Below, one piece after another: positions 34,315-44,127 of a stretch of 64,000 nt of DNA. The stretch spans positions 558,001 to 622,000 of the forward strand of contig JAIVFI010000015.1 of the NCBI GenBank assembly GCA_025558095.1. Reading direction: 5' to 3'. Position 1 is the first letter of the stretch. Every line of letters begins with the position of its first letter. The position numbers and the translations under genes are program-made. The notes under the pieces were generated by a model. It searched no databases, was not told the DNA's origin, and worked only from the letters and a program-made list of their open reading frames with translations. The DNA is from Hyaloraphidium curvatum SAG 235-1 (taxonomy: Eukaryota; Fungi; Monoblepharomycota).

Positions 34315-36045
34315 TCAGGTATCCCTCCTTGCCTCGGGCCAGAACCTCACCCCCTTCCTCGCCATTCCTCCTCCGACCCCGATCGCCGTCCCGTCCGCCC
34401 TCCAGCACGCCGCCCCCTGCATCGCCCCGTCCTCACCGAACGCCACCGCGCACATCCCGCCGCCGACCGTGGCGACCCTGACCGCGTCGTGCCCGCGCTT
34501 CTTGAGCTCTTCGACGACCGCGGCCGCGATCCCGGGCTCGATCTCGAGGTCGTACCCCTGCGTCCATACCCGCGGGGCCTCGACGGCCTCCTGCAGCGAC
34601 ATGCCGTGATCGAGCAGGTTGACGACGGCCTGCATCGCCGAGGGGAAGATCTTGAGCCCGCCGGGCAGGCCGAGGGCCAACCTGGGCTTGCCGTCCCGGG
34701 AGACGATCAGGGGCGACATGGAGGAGGTGACGCGCTTGCCGGGGGCCAGCGAGTTGGCGCGGCCGGGGTGGGGGTCGAAAACATACAGGTAGTTGTTGGG
34801 GATCATGCCCGTTCCCGGGACCATGTACCTCGCGCCGAAAAGCGAGTTGATGGTGAAGGTGCAGCAGAAGATCATTCCGGACGAGTCGGCGACGGTGAGG
34901 TGGGTGGTGTGCGAGTGCGGGTCGGCGACGCCGGGGCCGGCAAGGGGGGTGCCCGCCTCCACGCCGGGTTGGTAGCTTTGGGCGCGCTTCATGTCGAGCT
35001 CTGCGCGGCGCTCGGCGGCGTACTCGGGGGAGAGCAGGCGGGCGACGGGCACCGTGACGAAGGCCGGGTCGGCAGTTGCGGCGAGGCGGTCCGCAAAGGC
35101 GATCTTGGTCACCTCGGCGATCAGGTGCACGCCGTCGGCGGTGCCGAAGCCGGTATCGGCCACGTCCAGGCCCTCGAGGATGCCGAGCATCTGGCCGATG
35201 TGGAGCGGGCCGGCACAGGGGGGCGGGGGCCCGCGGATATCGTGCCCGCGGTAGGTGAAGTGCAGGACGTCGAGGTCGTGCGTGCGGTATCCGGCCAAGT
35301 CGGCCTCGGTCATGTGGCCCCCGTTGGCGGCCATGTCCTCCGCCACCTTCTTGCCCAACGGGCCGCCATACAGCGCACTGGGGCCGTCACGGACGACGGC
35401 CTCGAGCGTGCGGGCATAGTCGGCGTTGACGACGCGGTCGCCGGCCTTGATGGGCTTCCCTCCGGGGAGGAACACCTTGGAGATTTCGGGGTCCAGCGCC
35501 ATGTCCGCCGCGCACTCGGCCACGCAGCTGGCAAGGTACTCGGTGGCCACGAACCCGCGCTCGGCGTGCCTGATGGCCGGCGCCACCACGTCCGCCAGCG
35601 GCATCGTGCCCCACCGCTCCAGCATGGTGCACCACGCGAGCAGGTTCCCCGGCACGCCGACGGCTGCCCTGCCCACCGAGTTTTTCCTGCCCACGGCATC
35701 GAGCGAACCCTTTTTCGCTTCCGGATCGGGGGTAAAGGTCGTCGGGCCGACTGTTGCCGGGCAGCTAGCCTGCCCCTCCAGCACGTGGTGCGAGCCGTCG
35801 GCCAGCCGCACATGGGCGAAACCCCCGCCGAGCAGACCGACCATCATCGGCTCGACGACGGTGAGGGCAAACAGCGCGGCGACGGCGGCGTCGGCGGCGT
35901 TGCCGCCCGCCGCCAACATCTCGGCCGCGGCCGCCGACGCGAGCGGGTGGTTCGTGACGGCCATCCCGCGGCTGCCCGACGCGGGGCGCTTCTCGGTGGT
36001 GAACTGCGACCCCGCGCGGGCGCGCCACGAGGAGGAATCGGCCAT
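34315..36045 (-). CDS. ggt: Gamma-glutamyltranspeptidase, intronless, bacterial type
   Basis: RGMAVTNHPLAS..AGGNAADAAVA..VVEPMMVGLLGGGF, VGVPG, PPPCAG, nucleophile HTTH, TINSLFG, PGKRVTSSMSP, GLPGG. Confidence 0.95.
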   Translation of the reverse strand: MADSSSWRARAGSQFTTEKRPASGSRGMAVTNHPLASAAAAEMLAAGGNAADAAVAALFALTVVEPMMVGLLGGGFAHVRLADGSHHVLEGQASCPATVGPTTFTPDPEAKKGSLDAVGRKNSVGRAAVGVPGNLLAWCTMLERWGTMPLADVVAPAIRHAERGFVATEYLASCVAECAADMALDPEISKVFLPGGKPIKAGDRVVNADYARTLEAVVRDGPSALYGGPLGKKVAEDMAANGGHMTEADLAGYRTHDLDVLHFTYRGHDIRGPPPPCAGPLHIGQMLGILEGLDVADTGFGTADGVHLIAEVTKIAFADRLAATADPAFVTVPVARLLSPEYAAERRAELDMKRAQSYQPGVEAGTPLAGPGVADPHSHTTHLTVADSSGMIFCCTFTINSLFGARYMVPGTGMIPNNYLYVFDPHPGRANSLAPGKRVTSSMSPLIVSRDGKPRLALGLPGGLKIFPSAMQAVVNLLDHGMSLQEAVEAPRVWTQGYDLEIEPGIAAAVVEELKKRGHDAVRVATVGGGMCAVAFGEDGAMQGAACWRADGTAIGVGGGMARKGVRFWPEARRDT

Positions 36046-36445
36046 TTCGCGCGGGGCGGGAAAGCAGCGGGGGGCACTTCTTCTGTCGGTTCCGGGGCGA
36101 GTCGACGGCGAGGAATCAATCTCCGGCGCGATATTCGACGTGGTCTTTGTCGCGATGTTGCCCGGCAAGACGCCCTCGCCGCGATGCGCTGCCGCGGGAG
36201 GCTGTACTCGGGGTTGGTAATGCCGGCGCCGATGCCTCACCCAAATTGCAGCCGAATCTCGATGACGACGGCTCGGAATGCGGACGACCAGCTAGCAGTG
36301 GAGATATATCCGTCCAGCCCGTCAAGATCATGAACCGCGGGCGCTCCCGCCCGTGACCATCCACCCGACCCTTCTGCTGCGCCCGATGTCTCCTCGCCCT
36401 CACACCCGGCTCGCGCGCGACCCACAGCAGCACTACCCGATGGGT

Positions 36446-37067
36446 AACGTGCCGGCGCTCGCAGTTGCCAGGAGGCTGCACCACCGGGCCGTCAAGATCG
36501 CCCTGGAGGACCTGCTTTCTCGGTGCGCGACGGGCTCTGAGGTGCCGGATCCGTCCACGGAAGATCCCTACGTCCAGCTGCACTGGACCCTGTGCGCAAC
36601 CTACACGAACCAGCTGCGCTTCCTCTCGAACGGCCAGGGGTTGATAGTCGCCGCCCTCCCGCTTCTCGCGGTGTGCGGTATCGTCAACGCCGCCGTAGGC
36701 CGCTGCGTCCCGGCCTGGATAGCCCTCATCTTCTGCTACTTCGCAGTCTGGTTCGCCGTGCCCACGGCCATGGTCGCCGTCTGGAACCGCAACATCGTCT
36801 CGGTCGCGGAGCTGTACCGCAACGCGCAGGAGAGGCTGGTGCTCCTCGAGCCCGAGTCGGCATCTCCCGCGGCGCAGGAGCGGCACGGGAGGCGTTGGGC
36901 CTGCTGAGGGAGGGCATCGCCGCGCACAGGGGAACGTTCATGGGGTTGACGGTCCGGCTGGGAACCGTGAGAACTTACCTGGCCACGCTCTTCAAGGCTG
37001 CTGGGCCTGTGGACGCTGGCGGGGGGCCGGGATCGCGATCGCGGTCGACTCGGTCTGCCCGGGGTAG
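36446..37067 (+). pseudogene. Frameshifted partial duplicate (copy C') of the 7-TM gene at 39613-41085
   Basis: Near-identical to 40459-41085. There is a 1-nt deletion near 36893 (ggaggcgttgg vs ggaggctgttgg) and further indels near 36995-37020. Confidence 0.9.
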
Positions 37068-37106
37068 ATTACATATGCGAACGTGACAGAGTGCAACAAG
37101 GCAAGA

Positions 37107-38552
37107 TCACGCCGCCACCGCAAGCGCTGCCATTGCAACCAGTGTCCCCATCCATCCGGAAGCCCCCGAGGCTCCGACCCGCACCGCGCCCGACTCGGGC
37201 CTCGCATCCGTCGGCGGGGGGGGCTCCCCCGGGCACGACTCCACACGTCCCGTCGCGAAGACCAGTTCCGCCCTATCACACCACGCGGCCCTCTGGGTGC
37301 CATTGGTCCGCTCCGGGCACAGAAAGCCGGCGACGACGCGATTGTTTACCAGGGCCGCCGGCGCGGGCTCGCTGGGGGCCAGCTCTGTGCATTCACCGTC
37401 GACGAACCACGAGCATGCCGGGCCCGAGAAAAACGCCAGATCCGGGACGAAGGTACCGTTCCGCGGGCCGGCGCAGGCGACCCGCGGGCCGCGCCCGCCG
37501 TCCGCCGGGGTCAGCTCGGCGGCGAGGAAGTAGTGCCCCTGGTCATCGGGGTGGTAGGAGCGCAGGCACCGCGTGGTGCCTGCCTCCGGTGGGCATCCGG
37601 GCTGCTCGCAGAGGGGTTCGGGCGGGAGGGTGTCGTTGAGCGCCAGGGCGAGCGCGGCGGGGCACCACGGGAAGGTCGATGCCATGCCGTTGCAGGCGAC
37701 GTTGTTCGGAAAGCCTTTCACAGCGAGGCTGTAGTCGGGGCCGGGGAAGAGATGCGTGCATCCTTGGTCGCAAAAGTAGGCGCAGGAAAGCTCGGTTCGG
37801 AGCGGAAGCCCGTTCGGATTCGAGGGGAAGCCCGTTGCGCACTGGCCGTCCGTTTGGTTCCCGAAGCCGATGCGGCGAACCGATATGTACAGCCCCGGTA
37901 AAGGGCCGTCGCAGGTGCGCATGCATGTCCAGTCGCCGGTCCAGGGCGTGTTGTTGGCGACCAGGTGGGACAGGTCGGAGCAGCTGGCCGATTCCGGGAC
38001 CGGCGTGCCGAACAGCGACGAGTGCGCCTCGACGCACCACGGCACAAACGAGGTGATGTTGGTGATGTTCTTCTCCCCGTCCGGCCCAATGCATTCGGTC
38101 GGCCCGGCCGACTGCGGTGCCGGGCCGATGGCGTCGAGGCACCACGGGTCCGAGAAGAGCGTGCAAGTGCCGTTCCCCCGGCAGGCAACCGACGCGCTGC
38201 CGTACCACCCCGCCGCGCGTGCGTCCTCGACAGCGACGAACGCGCAGCCCAGGGACGGGATGCGCACGCAGCTGCCGCGCCGCTCGCACTCGGCCGGCCC
38301 CGGCGCGAAATCCCGACCGCGCACCCGCCGGCCGACGCCGACCACCCGGTCGCCGCCCTCGCACGCGCCGACGCAGCGCACCCGCGACCCGCCGTAGCCG
38401 CTGTCAGACCAGCGGCCGTAGACGCAGTTGATGAGGCCCGTGGCGGGGTCGAGCCATTCCTGCTGGTTGAGGCCGCTGTGCGAGGCCCGGGAGGCGGGCA
38501 CAAGGACGAGGAGGGCGACTGCAGAGAGGTAGCAGACAGTGAGTGTTCGCAT
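37107..38552 (-). CDS. Secreted Cys-rich protein with possible GPI-anchor signal
   Basis: Signal peptide MRTLTVCYLSAVALLVLVPASRA, many Cys, and a small-residue omega region followed by hydrophobic C-terminus ASGASGWMGTLVAMAALAVAA. Confidence 0.7.
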   Translation of the reverse strand: MRTLTVCYLSAVALLVLVPASRASHSGLNQQEWLDPATGLINCVYGRWSDSGYGGSRVRCVGACEGGDRVVGVGRRVRGRDFAPGPAECERRGSCVRIPSLGCAFVAVEDARAAGWYGSASVACRGNGTCTLFSDPWCLDAIGPAPQSAGPTECIGPDGEKNITNITSFVPWCVEAHSSLFGTPVPESASCSDLSHLVANNTPWTGDWTCMRTCDGPLPGLYISVRRIGFGNQTDGQCATGFPSNPNGLPLRTELSCAYFCDQGCTHLFPGPDYSLAVKGFPNNVACNGMASTFPWCPAALALALNDTLPPEPLCEQPGCPPEAGTTRCLRSYHPDDQGHYFLAAELTPADGGRGPRVACAGPRNGTFVPDLAFFSGPACSWFVDGECTELAPSEPAPAALVNNRVVAGFLCPERTNGTQRAAWCDRAELVFATGRVESCPGEPPPPTDARPESGAVRVGASGASGWMGTLVAMAALAVAA

Positions 38553-38750
38553 AGGTGTGTTTGGTTCAGTTTTGTCGTGTGACTCAGTGAGGGGCGGAGC
38601 AGCGGCAAGTTCGGGAAGGCGGGGGGGGGTTTCTCATTCAATCCGCGGATCCGGGAGACAGTCGCTTGGACACGGACCCAACCAGAATCAATCGTGCATC
38701 TGCCCGGCATCCGCCGAGGCTCGTCTCGGGCCCCCCTCGGTTCTGGGGCT

Positions 38751-38845
38751 TGCATGGCCCTCGCCGCCCGCGCAGCCGTGGTGACCCGCTGCGGCGAGTG
38801 CGACGCCAACGCGCACTGCGAGTACAGCGTGGTGTTCGGCGAGCA
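38751..38845 (+). repeat. About 95-bp orphan copy of the 5' coding region of the gene at 43148
   Basis: Near-identical to 43181-43275 (CGECDANAHCEYSVVFGE); similarity ends abruptly. Confidence 0.85.
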
Positions 38846-39029
38846 AGAAGAGTTGCTGCCGCTGCAACTTTGTTCCAGAACCTCCACAAAGATCAACTTC
38901 CGCAGGGCAACCATGGAGCCCTACAATGCAAACCCTCCCTTCCCGCATGCGTGCTCTTGGCTTGAACAACAGAAACTCCATCACGAAGATCTGGAAACAA
39001 AGTCCTCGAAACAAAACCTGGGACCCGGG

Positions 39030-39497
39030 TACTCTTTTGCCTGGCCACCTGCCCCAGAGACAGCGGACGCCTTTGCCCCGGTGGTCTCGTCCTCGATGCA
39101 GTGGACGAACGCGTCCACCACGCCTTCCATGGGTGTCCAGACCTCCAGACGATTTGAACATGCTTGCAAAAGTCGGATTCTCTGAAATGGCGTCGGGGTC
39201 GTCACCGAACGTCTTGAACTGGCGATCGATGGCGTTGGCTCCAAACGAAGGCATCATGTTCGAGCAGCCCAACGTACCCAGGACTCCAAACAAAGCCCGG
39301 TAGTACAGCAGAATATCGGATTGGATACGGCTCCTTGCCGGCGTTCTTTGCATCCCACTCGAGGCAGGATTGGGTGTTGACCACGAACTGGCCACGATCC
39401 GCGAGGTCAGGCGATCCCCGAAGTGAAGCACCGCACTCGAAGAGACCGTGCTTCCGCCCGTAACCAGAGCGGCTTTGCCGCGGATTTCGAAAACCAT
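39030..39497 (-). pseudogene. Short-chain dehydrogenase/reductase remnant
   Basis: MVFEIRGKAALVTGGST (Rossmann start) and the C-terminal-like TPMEGVVDAFVHCIEDETTGA fall in different frames. The catalytic middle region is not recognisable. Confidence 0.55.
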
Positions 39498-39612
39498 TGC
39501 CGTTACTTGTTGCCCGCGGTGCAGGCCGTCTCGGAATGTTCGCACGATCGACGCGATCGCGTCAGCCATCCTCCTCGCGGTCCCCGCAACAGCGCTGTTT
39601 GTCTTCCAGGCG

Positions 39613-41085
39613 ATGGCAGTGCTATTCACGGACCGCGAGTGGCTCGCCCTGTTCCCGGCCCAACCTCCGCCGGACCCGTCTCTCTTCCGCGGGCCACTTC
39701 CCGACCCGGCAAGGGAGCTCCGCGCCGCGGACGCGCTTTCCTTCGACGCGCTCGTCTCCAATCTGCCGGACGCGCTCCTGCGAGCGCAGGTGATCGCCGC
39801 GCGCCGCCTGGAGCCGCTGGCCGCCCGTTTCATTGTGCGCTACTCGGCGCTCGGCGCACTGACAATGGCGCTCTACGGCGCCGCAGTGGCCTTCAACGAC
39901 GGGCGGTACGGAGGGCCGCAGGTCGCCACGGGCTTCGCGACCATCGCCGCGCCTTTCGCCTTCCTCATTGGGACCATCGCGGCTACCCGCTTCCGCGAAG
40001 GCAGCTGGGCCCGCATCTACCGCCCCGTCGGCGAGCTCAAGAAGGGCGAGGTTCCGGCTCCCGCGGAAGACTTTAGCGCCCACCCTTTCGCGGGCATTGC
40101 CCGCTGGACCCAGCTGGTCTCCTTGCCGCCCAAGGCGGACGCCAAGGACGAGGAGAACGGCGGCGCGTCCGCGCCGACGGACAAGCTGACGGCGCACGAC
40201 CCGGACGACCCGGATTGCCCCTGCGGCCTTGCCACATGCCTCGGAGACGCGCCGAGATCGGCCGGCAGGCAGCGCGTGGTCCAGGTCGTCGTCCAGCTTG
40301 TGGAAGAGCTGGTGCAATTCGTTTTGACCGTGTGGACGCCGCTCGTGGTGCTCGGGGCGTCCGTGTGGACCTCGCCGTGGTCTGCACCGATCGCGGCGCT
40401 GTACTGCTGCGTGCTCGTGGTGCACGCCCCCGCGACCACCTTAGGAACGACGCAGACCAATTTGCCGGCGCTCGCGGTTGCCAGGAGGCTCCACCACCGG
40501 GCCGTGAAGATCGCCCTGGAGGACCTGCTTTCTCGGTGCGCGACTGGTTCCGAGGTGCCGGATCCGTCCACGGAAGAGCGCTACGTCCAGCTCCACTGGA
40601 CGTTGTGCGCGACTTACACGAACCATCTGCACTTCCTCTCGAACGGCCAGGGGTTGATTGTCACCGCGCTCCCGCTTCTCGCAGTGTGCGGGATCGTCAA
40701 CGCCGCCGTAGGCCGCTGCGTCCCGGCCTGGATAGCCCTCATCTTCTGCTACTTCGCAGTCTGGTTCGCCGTGCCCACGGCCATGGTCGCCGTCTGGAAC
40801 CGCAACATCGTCTCGGTCGCGGAGCTGTACCGCAACGCGCAGGAGAGGCTGGTGCTCCTCGAGCCCGAGTCGGCATCTCCCGCGGCGCTGGAGCGCCACG
40901 GGAGGCTGTTGGGCCTGCTGAGGGAGGGCATCGCCGCGCGCAGGGGAACGTTCATGGGGTTGACGGTCGGGCTGGGGACCGTGAGGACGTACCTGGCCAC
41001 GCTCTTCACGGTGCTGCTGGGCCTGTGGACGCTGCTGCGGGGGGCCGGGATCGCGATCACGGTCGACTCGGTCTGCCCGGGATAG
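39613..41085 (+). CDS. 7-TM family member (copy C), gustatory-receptor-like/7TM ion channel candidate
   Basis: FTDREWLALFP, HPFAGIARW, HDPDDPDCPCGLATCLG, RYVQLHWTL, GRCVP, GTFMGLTVGLGTVRTYLATLFT..GLWTLLRGAG..DSVCPG. Confidence 0.8.
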   Translation: MAVLFTDREWLALFPAQPPPDPSLFRGPLPDPARELRAADALSFDALVSNLPDALLRAQVIAARRLEPLAARFIVRYSALGALTMALYGAAVAFNDGRYGGPQVATGFATIAAPFAFLIGTIAATRFREGSWARIYRPVGELKKGEVPAPAEDFSAHPFAGIARWTQLVSLPPKADAKDEENGGASAPTDKLTAHDPDDPDCPCGLATCLGDAPRSAGRQRVVQVVVQLVEELVQFVLTVWTPLVVLGASVWTSPWSAPIAALYCCVLVVHAPATTLGTTQTNLPALAVARRLHHRAVKIALEDLLSRCATGSEVPDPSTEERYVQLHWTLCATYTNHLHFLSNGQGLIVTALPLLAVCGIVNAAVGRCVPAWIALIFCYFAVWFAVPTAMVAVWNRNIVSVAELYRNAQERLVLLEPESASPAALERHGRLLGLLREGIAARRGTFMGLTVGLGTVRTYLATLFTVLLGLWTLLRGAGIAITVDSVCPG

Positions 41086-41311
41086 ATAGCCCGACAGCAC
41101 ATGCTATGCACACGAATGTAACGCAGATTGCACGAAGGGACAACCACGACGCCGCTGCAAGGCCGGCCACAATTACTAGCGCCACTATCCGTGCTGTGGA
41201 ATTCAATCAGTCAATGGAGGATTTGACTTCGTTGATTGCACCAGCCTTGGAATGACTGACTGACAGACAGTGCGCAACGCGTGAATGGCACCGTGGGGTT
41301 CGTGCGCTCAA

Positions 41312-42844
41312 ATGGAACCTTGGGTGCGGAGCACTCTCCTCTGCGCCGTGCTATCGGTCGCTTTGGCGGGCGGGGCGGCGGGGGCGCCGTGCACTCTTGA
41401 CGGAGGGTGTGTGGCGCTGCCAGCGCATCTGCCGCCGCTGGCCTTCTTAGTGCCTACCGTCCCTGCTTCGATGCAGCCGGTTCATCGAATCATGCACCGA
41501 CGTCCGGCTGGACGGCTCTGTCGTGCGCGCGTCGTGCATGAACTGCGCCGGCAGAGCATCGTCCGCGGACTTCGACCTGCGGGCCGCGGTCGGCAACACG
41601 GACGGGCAGCTCTTCTTTCCGGGCACAGGATTGACCTCGTCGTGTGTTCTACGCTCTCTTTCGGTCGCGGGCGGCCGGGCGATGCTGGCGGCATCCTGCT
41701 CGGACCACAAAGGGACGCCGCGGGAAACGAGCCTGGATCTCAACTACGTGCTCAACAACGGCTGCGGAGTCCTCAAAGTATTTCGCTCGGATTGCACCGT
41801 CGAGGGCTCTATTGCGTCCTCTAATCCCGGAGCCACTTGCAGCTTGGATGACAAGTTGGTCGTGCTCTCCCCTTTGAAGGCGGACGAACTGAACCCGAGC
41901 CGTTCCGCTCACAGCGGGTTCTCGCAGTCGTGCTCGGCCATGAGGCTGGACGGTTTTGTTCTCCGCGCGTCATGCATCGCCTGCGACGGCACAACGTCTT
42001 CCACGAACATCGACCTGAGCAGAATCATCACCAACAGCTTTGGCACGCTCTCTTTTCCGGGGCAAGATTTTGCCCTGACGTGCAGCTCTGTTTCGCTAGT
42101 TTCGTCCAACGGTCCGTCCCTGCCCTCCGCCACCAGGTGATAGTGCTGATTTCGCGACGATCGGCCTCCGCAGGTGGACCAAACAAGACTCTCAGCGCAT
42201 CCTGCCGCGACGGCAAAGTCAGCACGCTGTACGCAACCCAGATGGATCTGGACTACATCCTGGCTAATCGGTGTGGACGCCTGGCCGCCGCCGGATCGGG
42301 TTGTACGTTCGTCGGCTCTTCGTCACTGGCTTCACCGCCCGCCGCGCAGCCTGTCGCACAACCTTCCGCCCAGCCCGTCGCGCAACCCTCCGCGCAGCCA
42401 GTCGCGCAACCCTCCGCCGCCGCTCCTACGATTTCCCAACCGGTCTCGGGCCTATCCATGGGCGCGATCGCCGGGATCGCGGTCGGCGCTTCGGTTGGCG
42501 CAGCCGCCCTTGGCGCCGGCCTGTTTGTTCTGCTGCGTCGGCCCGCTCACGGCTCACACGTCCTCGAGGAGCCCGAGGCGGTAGCATTGCCTCCTCACGA
42601 TGCCTCCCCGGACTTTGGGTCCAACGGGGACGCCCCGGCCCGCCCTTCTCCAAACGAAGACGTCGCGGCCCGTCCCCCGCCCAACGAGGACGCCGCGACC
42701 TGCGTGATCTGCATGGACCGGCCGAAGAACACCGTGGTCCGGCCCTGCAAGCACCTGGCCATGTGCGCAGAATGCGCCGCAACGGTCGAGAGCTGCCCGC
42801 TGTGCCGCGGAAGGGTGGCCAGCGTGGAGACGCTCTTCGTGTGA
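41312..42844 (+). CDS. Single-pass membrane protein: signal peptide, two CVNH (cyanovirin-N homology) domains, TM, C3HC4 RING
   Basis: GFIESC..RLDGSVVRASC..DLRAAVGNTDGQL and GFSQSC..LDGFVLRASC..IDLSRIITNSFGTL, QPVAQPSA x3 linker, TM GAIAGIAVGASVGAAALGAGLFVLL-RR, then CVICMDRPKNTVVRPCKHLAMCAECAATVESCPLCR. Three introns inferred. Confidence 0.85.
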
Positions 42845-43147
42845 CCGCGGTGCGTTTGGGGTGGAGTAGAAGGAAAAGGTGCGTGTGAAGGACCTTTCTA
42901 TCCATGCATAATCCACTGTGCAATGCCATGGCATGCATGCCCGCCATGCGGCGTGTCCGTGCGCTCCAGGCGGTTCGTTAGTCAGCCAGCGCGGAACGTC
43001 CGGCGGGAGACGCGACCAAATGCCTGAAACGAAAGTCAGTCAGTCAGGGCCAGGCACTCCCGATACTACGCAAGAAGGTGCGCGGCTGCTTCGCCGGGGC
43101 TCGCGCAGGCGGGATGCGCTGAATGCTGTCCGCCGTCGTCGCGGCAG

Positions 43148-43855
43148 ATGGTCCTCTGGTCGGCGCTGCTCCTCGGGGCGTGCCTGGCCCTCGCGGCCCG
43201 CGCAGCCGCGGCGAAGCGCTGCGGCGAGTGCGACGCCAACGCGCACTGCGAGTACAGCGTGGTTTTCGGCGAGCACTGCGTGTGCGACCGGGGGTTCAGC
43301 GGGTCGGGCGCGGCGGGCGGCTGCCGCGAGGACGCGGCCGCGCAGCTGTACGACCTCTGCCACGCCGGCGGGCGGTGCTGCGCGGACCCGCTGGGCAGCA
43401 CGGCCGTGACGTCGCGGCGGGACTGCGAGGCCGCCTGCGACGCGCACCCGGGGTGCAAGTACGTCGCCTTCGACGCCTCCGGCGGCGGTTGCCACCTCTT
43501 CGGCTCGTGCTCGGCCCGCACCCACGGCGGCCCCTGGGAGCTGCGCGCACGCAACGGGTCGGCGTCGTGCCCCGCCAGCGCGGGCTGCAGGGCCGACCTG
43601 CGGATCACCGCCACCCACGCCTCCGTGCGCAGGGGAAACTCAGTCACCCTCCGCGCCACCGTGCGGCTCGCCGACACCAACAAGCCGGCCCGCAACATGC
43701 GCATCACCTTCGCCGTGCGCGGCACTGCGGCGGGGAGCGCAACGACCGACCGCCAGGGGGTGGCGACGGTCAGGTTCAGGTACCCGGCGGGCTTTCCGAA
43801 GGGGCGGCAGAGCTACACGGCCGCCCACGCCGGGTCGTCGAGCTACAACGCGTAG
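43148..43855 (+). CDS. Secreted EGF + PAN/apple + bacterial Ig-like domain protein
   Basis: Signal peptide, CDANAHC..CVCDRGFSGSG (EGF), DCEAACDAHPGCKYVAFDASGGGCHLF (PAN), GNSVTLRATV..ITF..GSATTDRQGVAT..YTAAHAGSSSY (Big-like). Confidence 0.8.
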   Translation: MVLWSALLLGACLALAARAAAAKRCGECDANAHCEYSVVFGEHCVCDRGFSGSGAAGGCREDAAAQLYDLCHAGGRCCADPLGSTAVTSRRDCEAACDAHPGCKYVAFDASGGGCHLFGSCSARTHGGPWELRARNGSASCPASAGCRADLRITATHASVRRGNSVTLRATVRLADTNKPARNMRITFAVRGTAAGSATTDRQGVATVRFRYPAGFPKGRQSYTAAHAGSSSYNA

Positions 43856-44127
43856 CAATCAGATGGGACCCTGAACGTCAGCTGAGGCGTCTCTGTCTCG
43901 GGCAGGCGCCTTCACATCAAGTTGGAGAACATTCGTCACGTTTGAAAGCTTCTGAAGAACAACAGCTTGGTAATGTTCAGCTTCACAGAGTCAATACGCA
44001 TCGTCCGCACTGCGCGTGCAGAGCTTCCATGCCCCGCGATAAAGCCCCCCCGACACCCGCGCGCCGCCAACCAGTCCCCCAACCATGCACCACCTCCGCC
44101 AAACCCATTCCCGCGGCACCACCGCCC

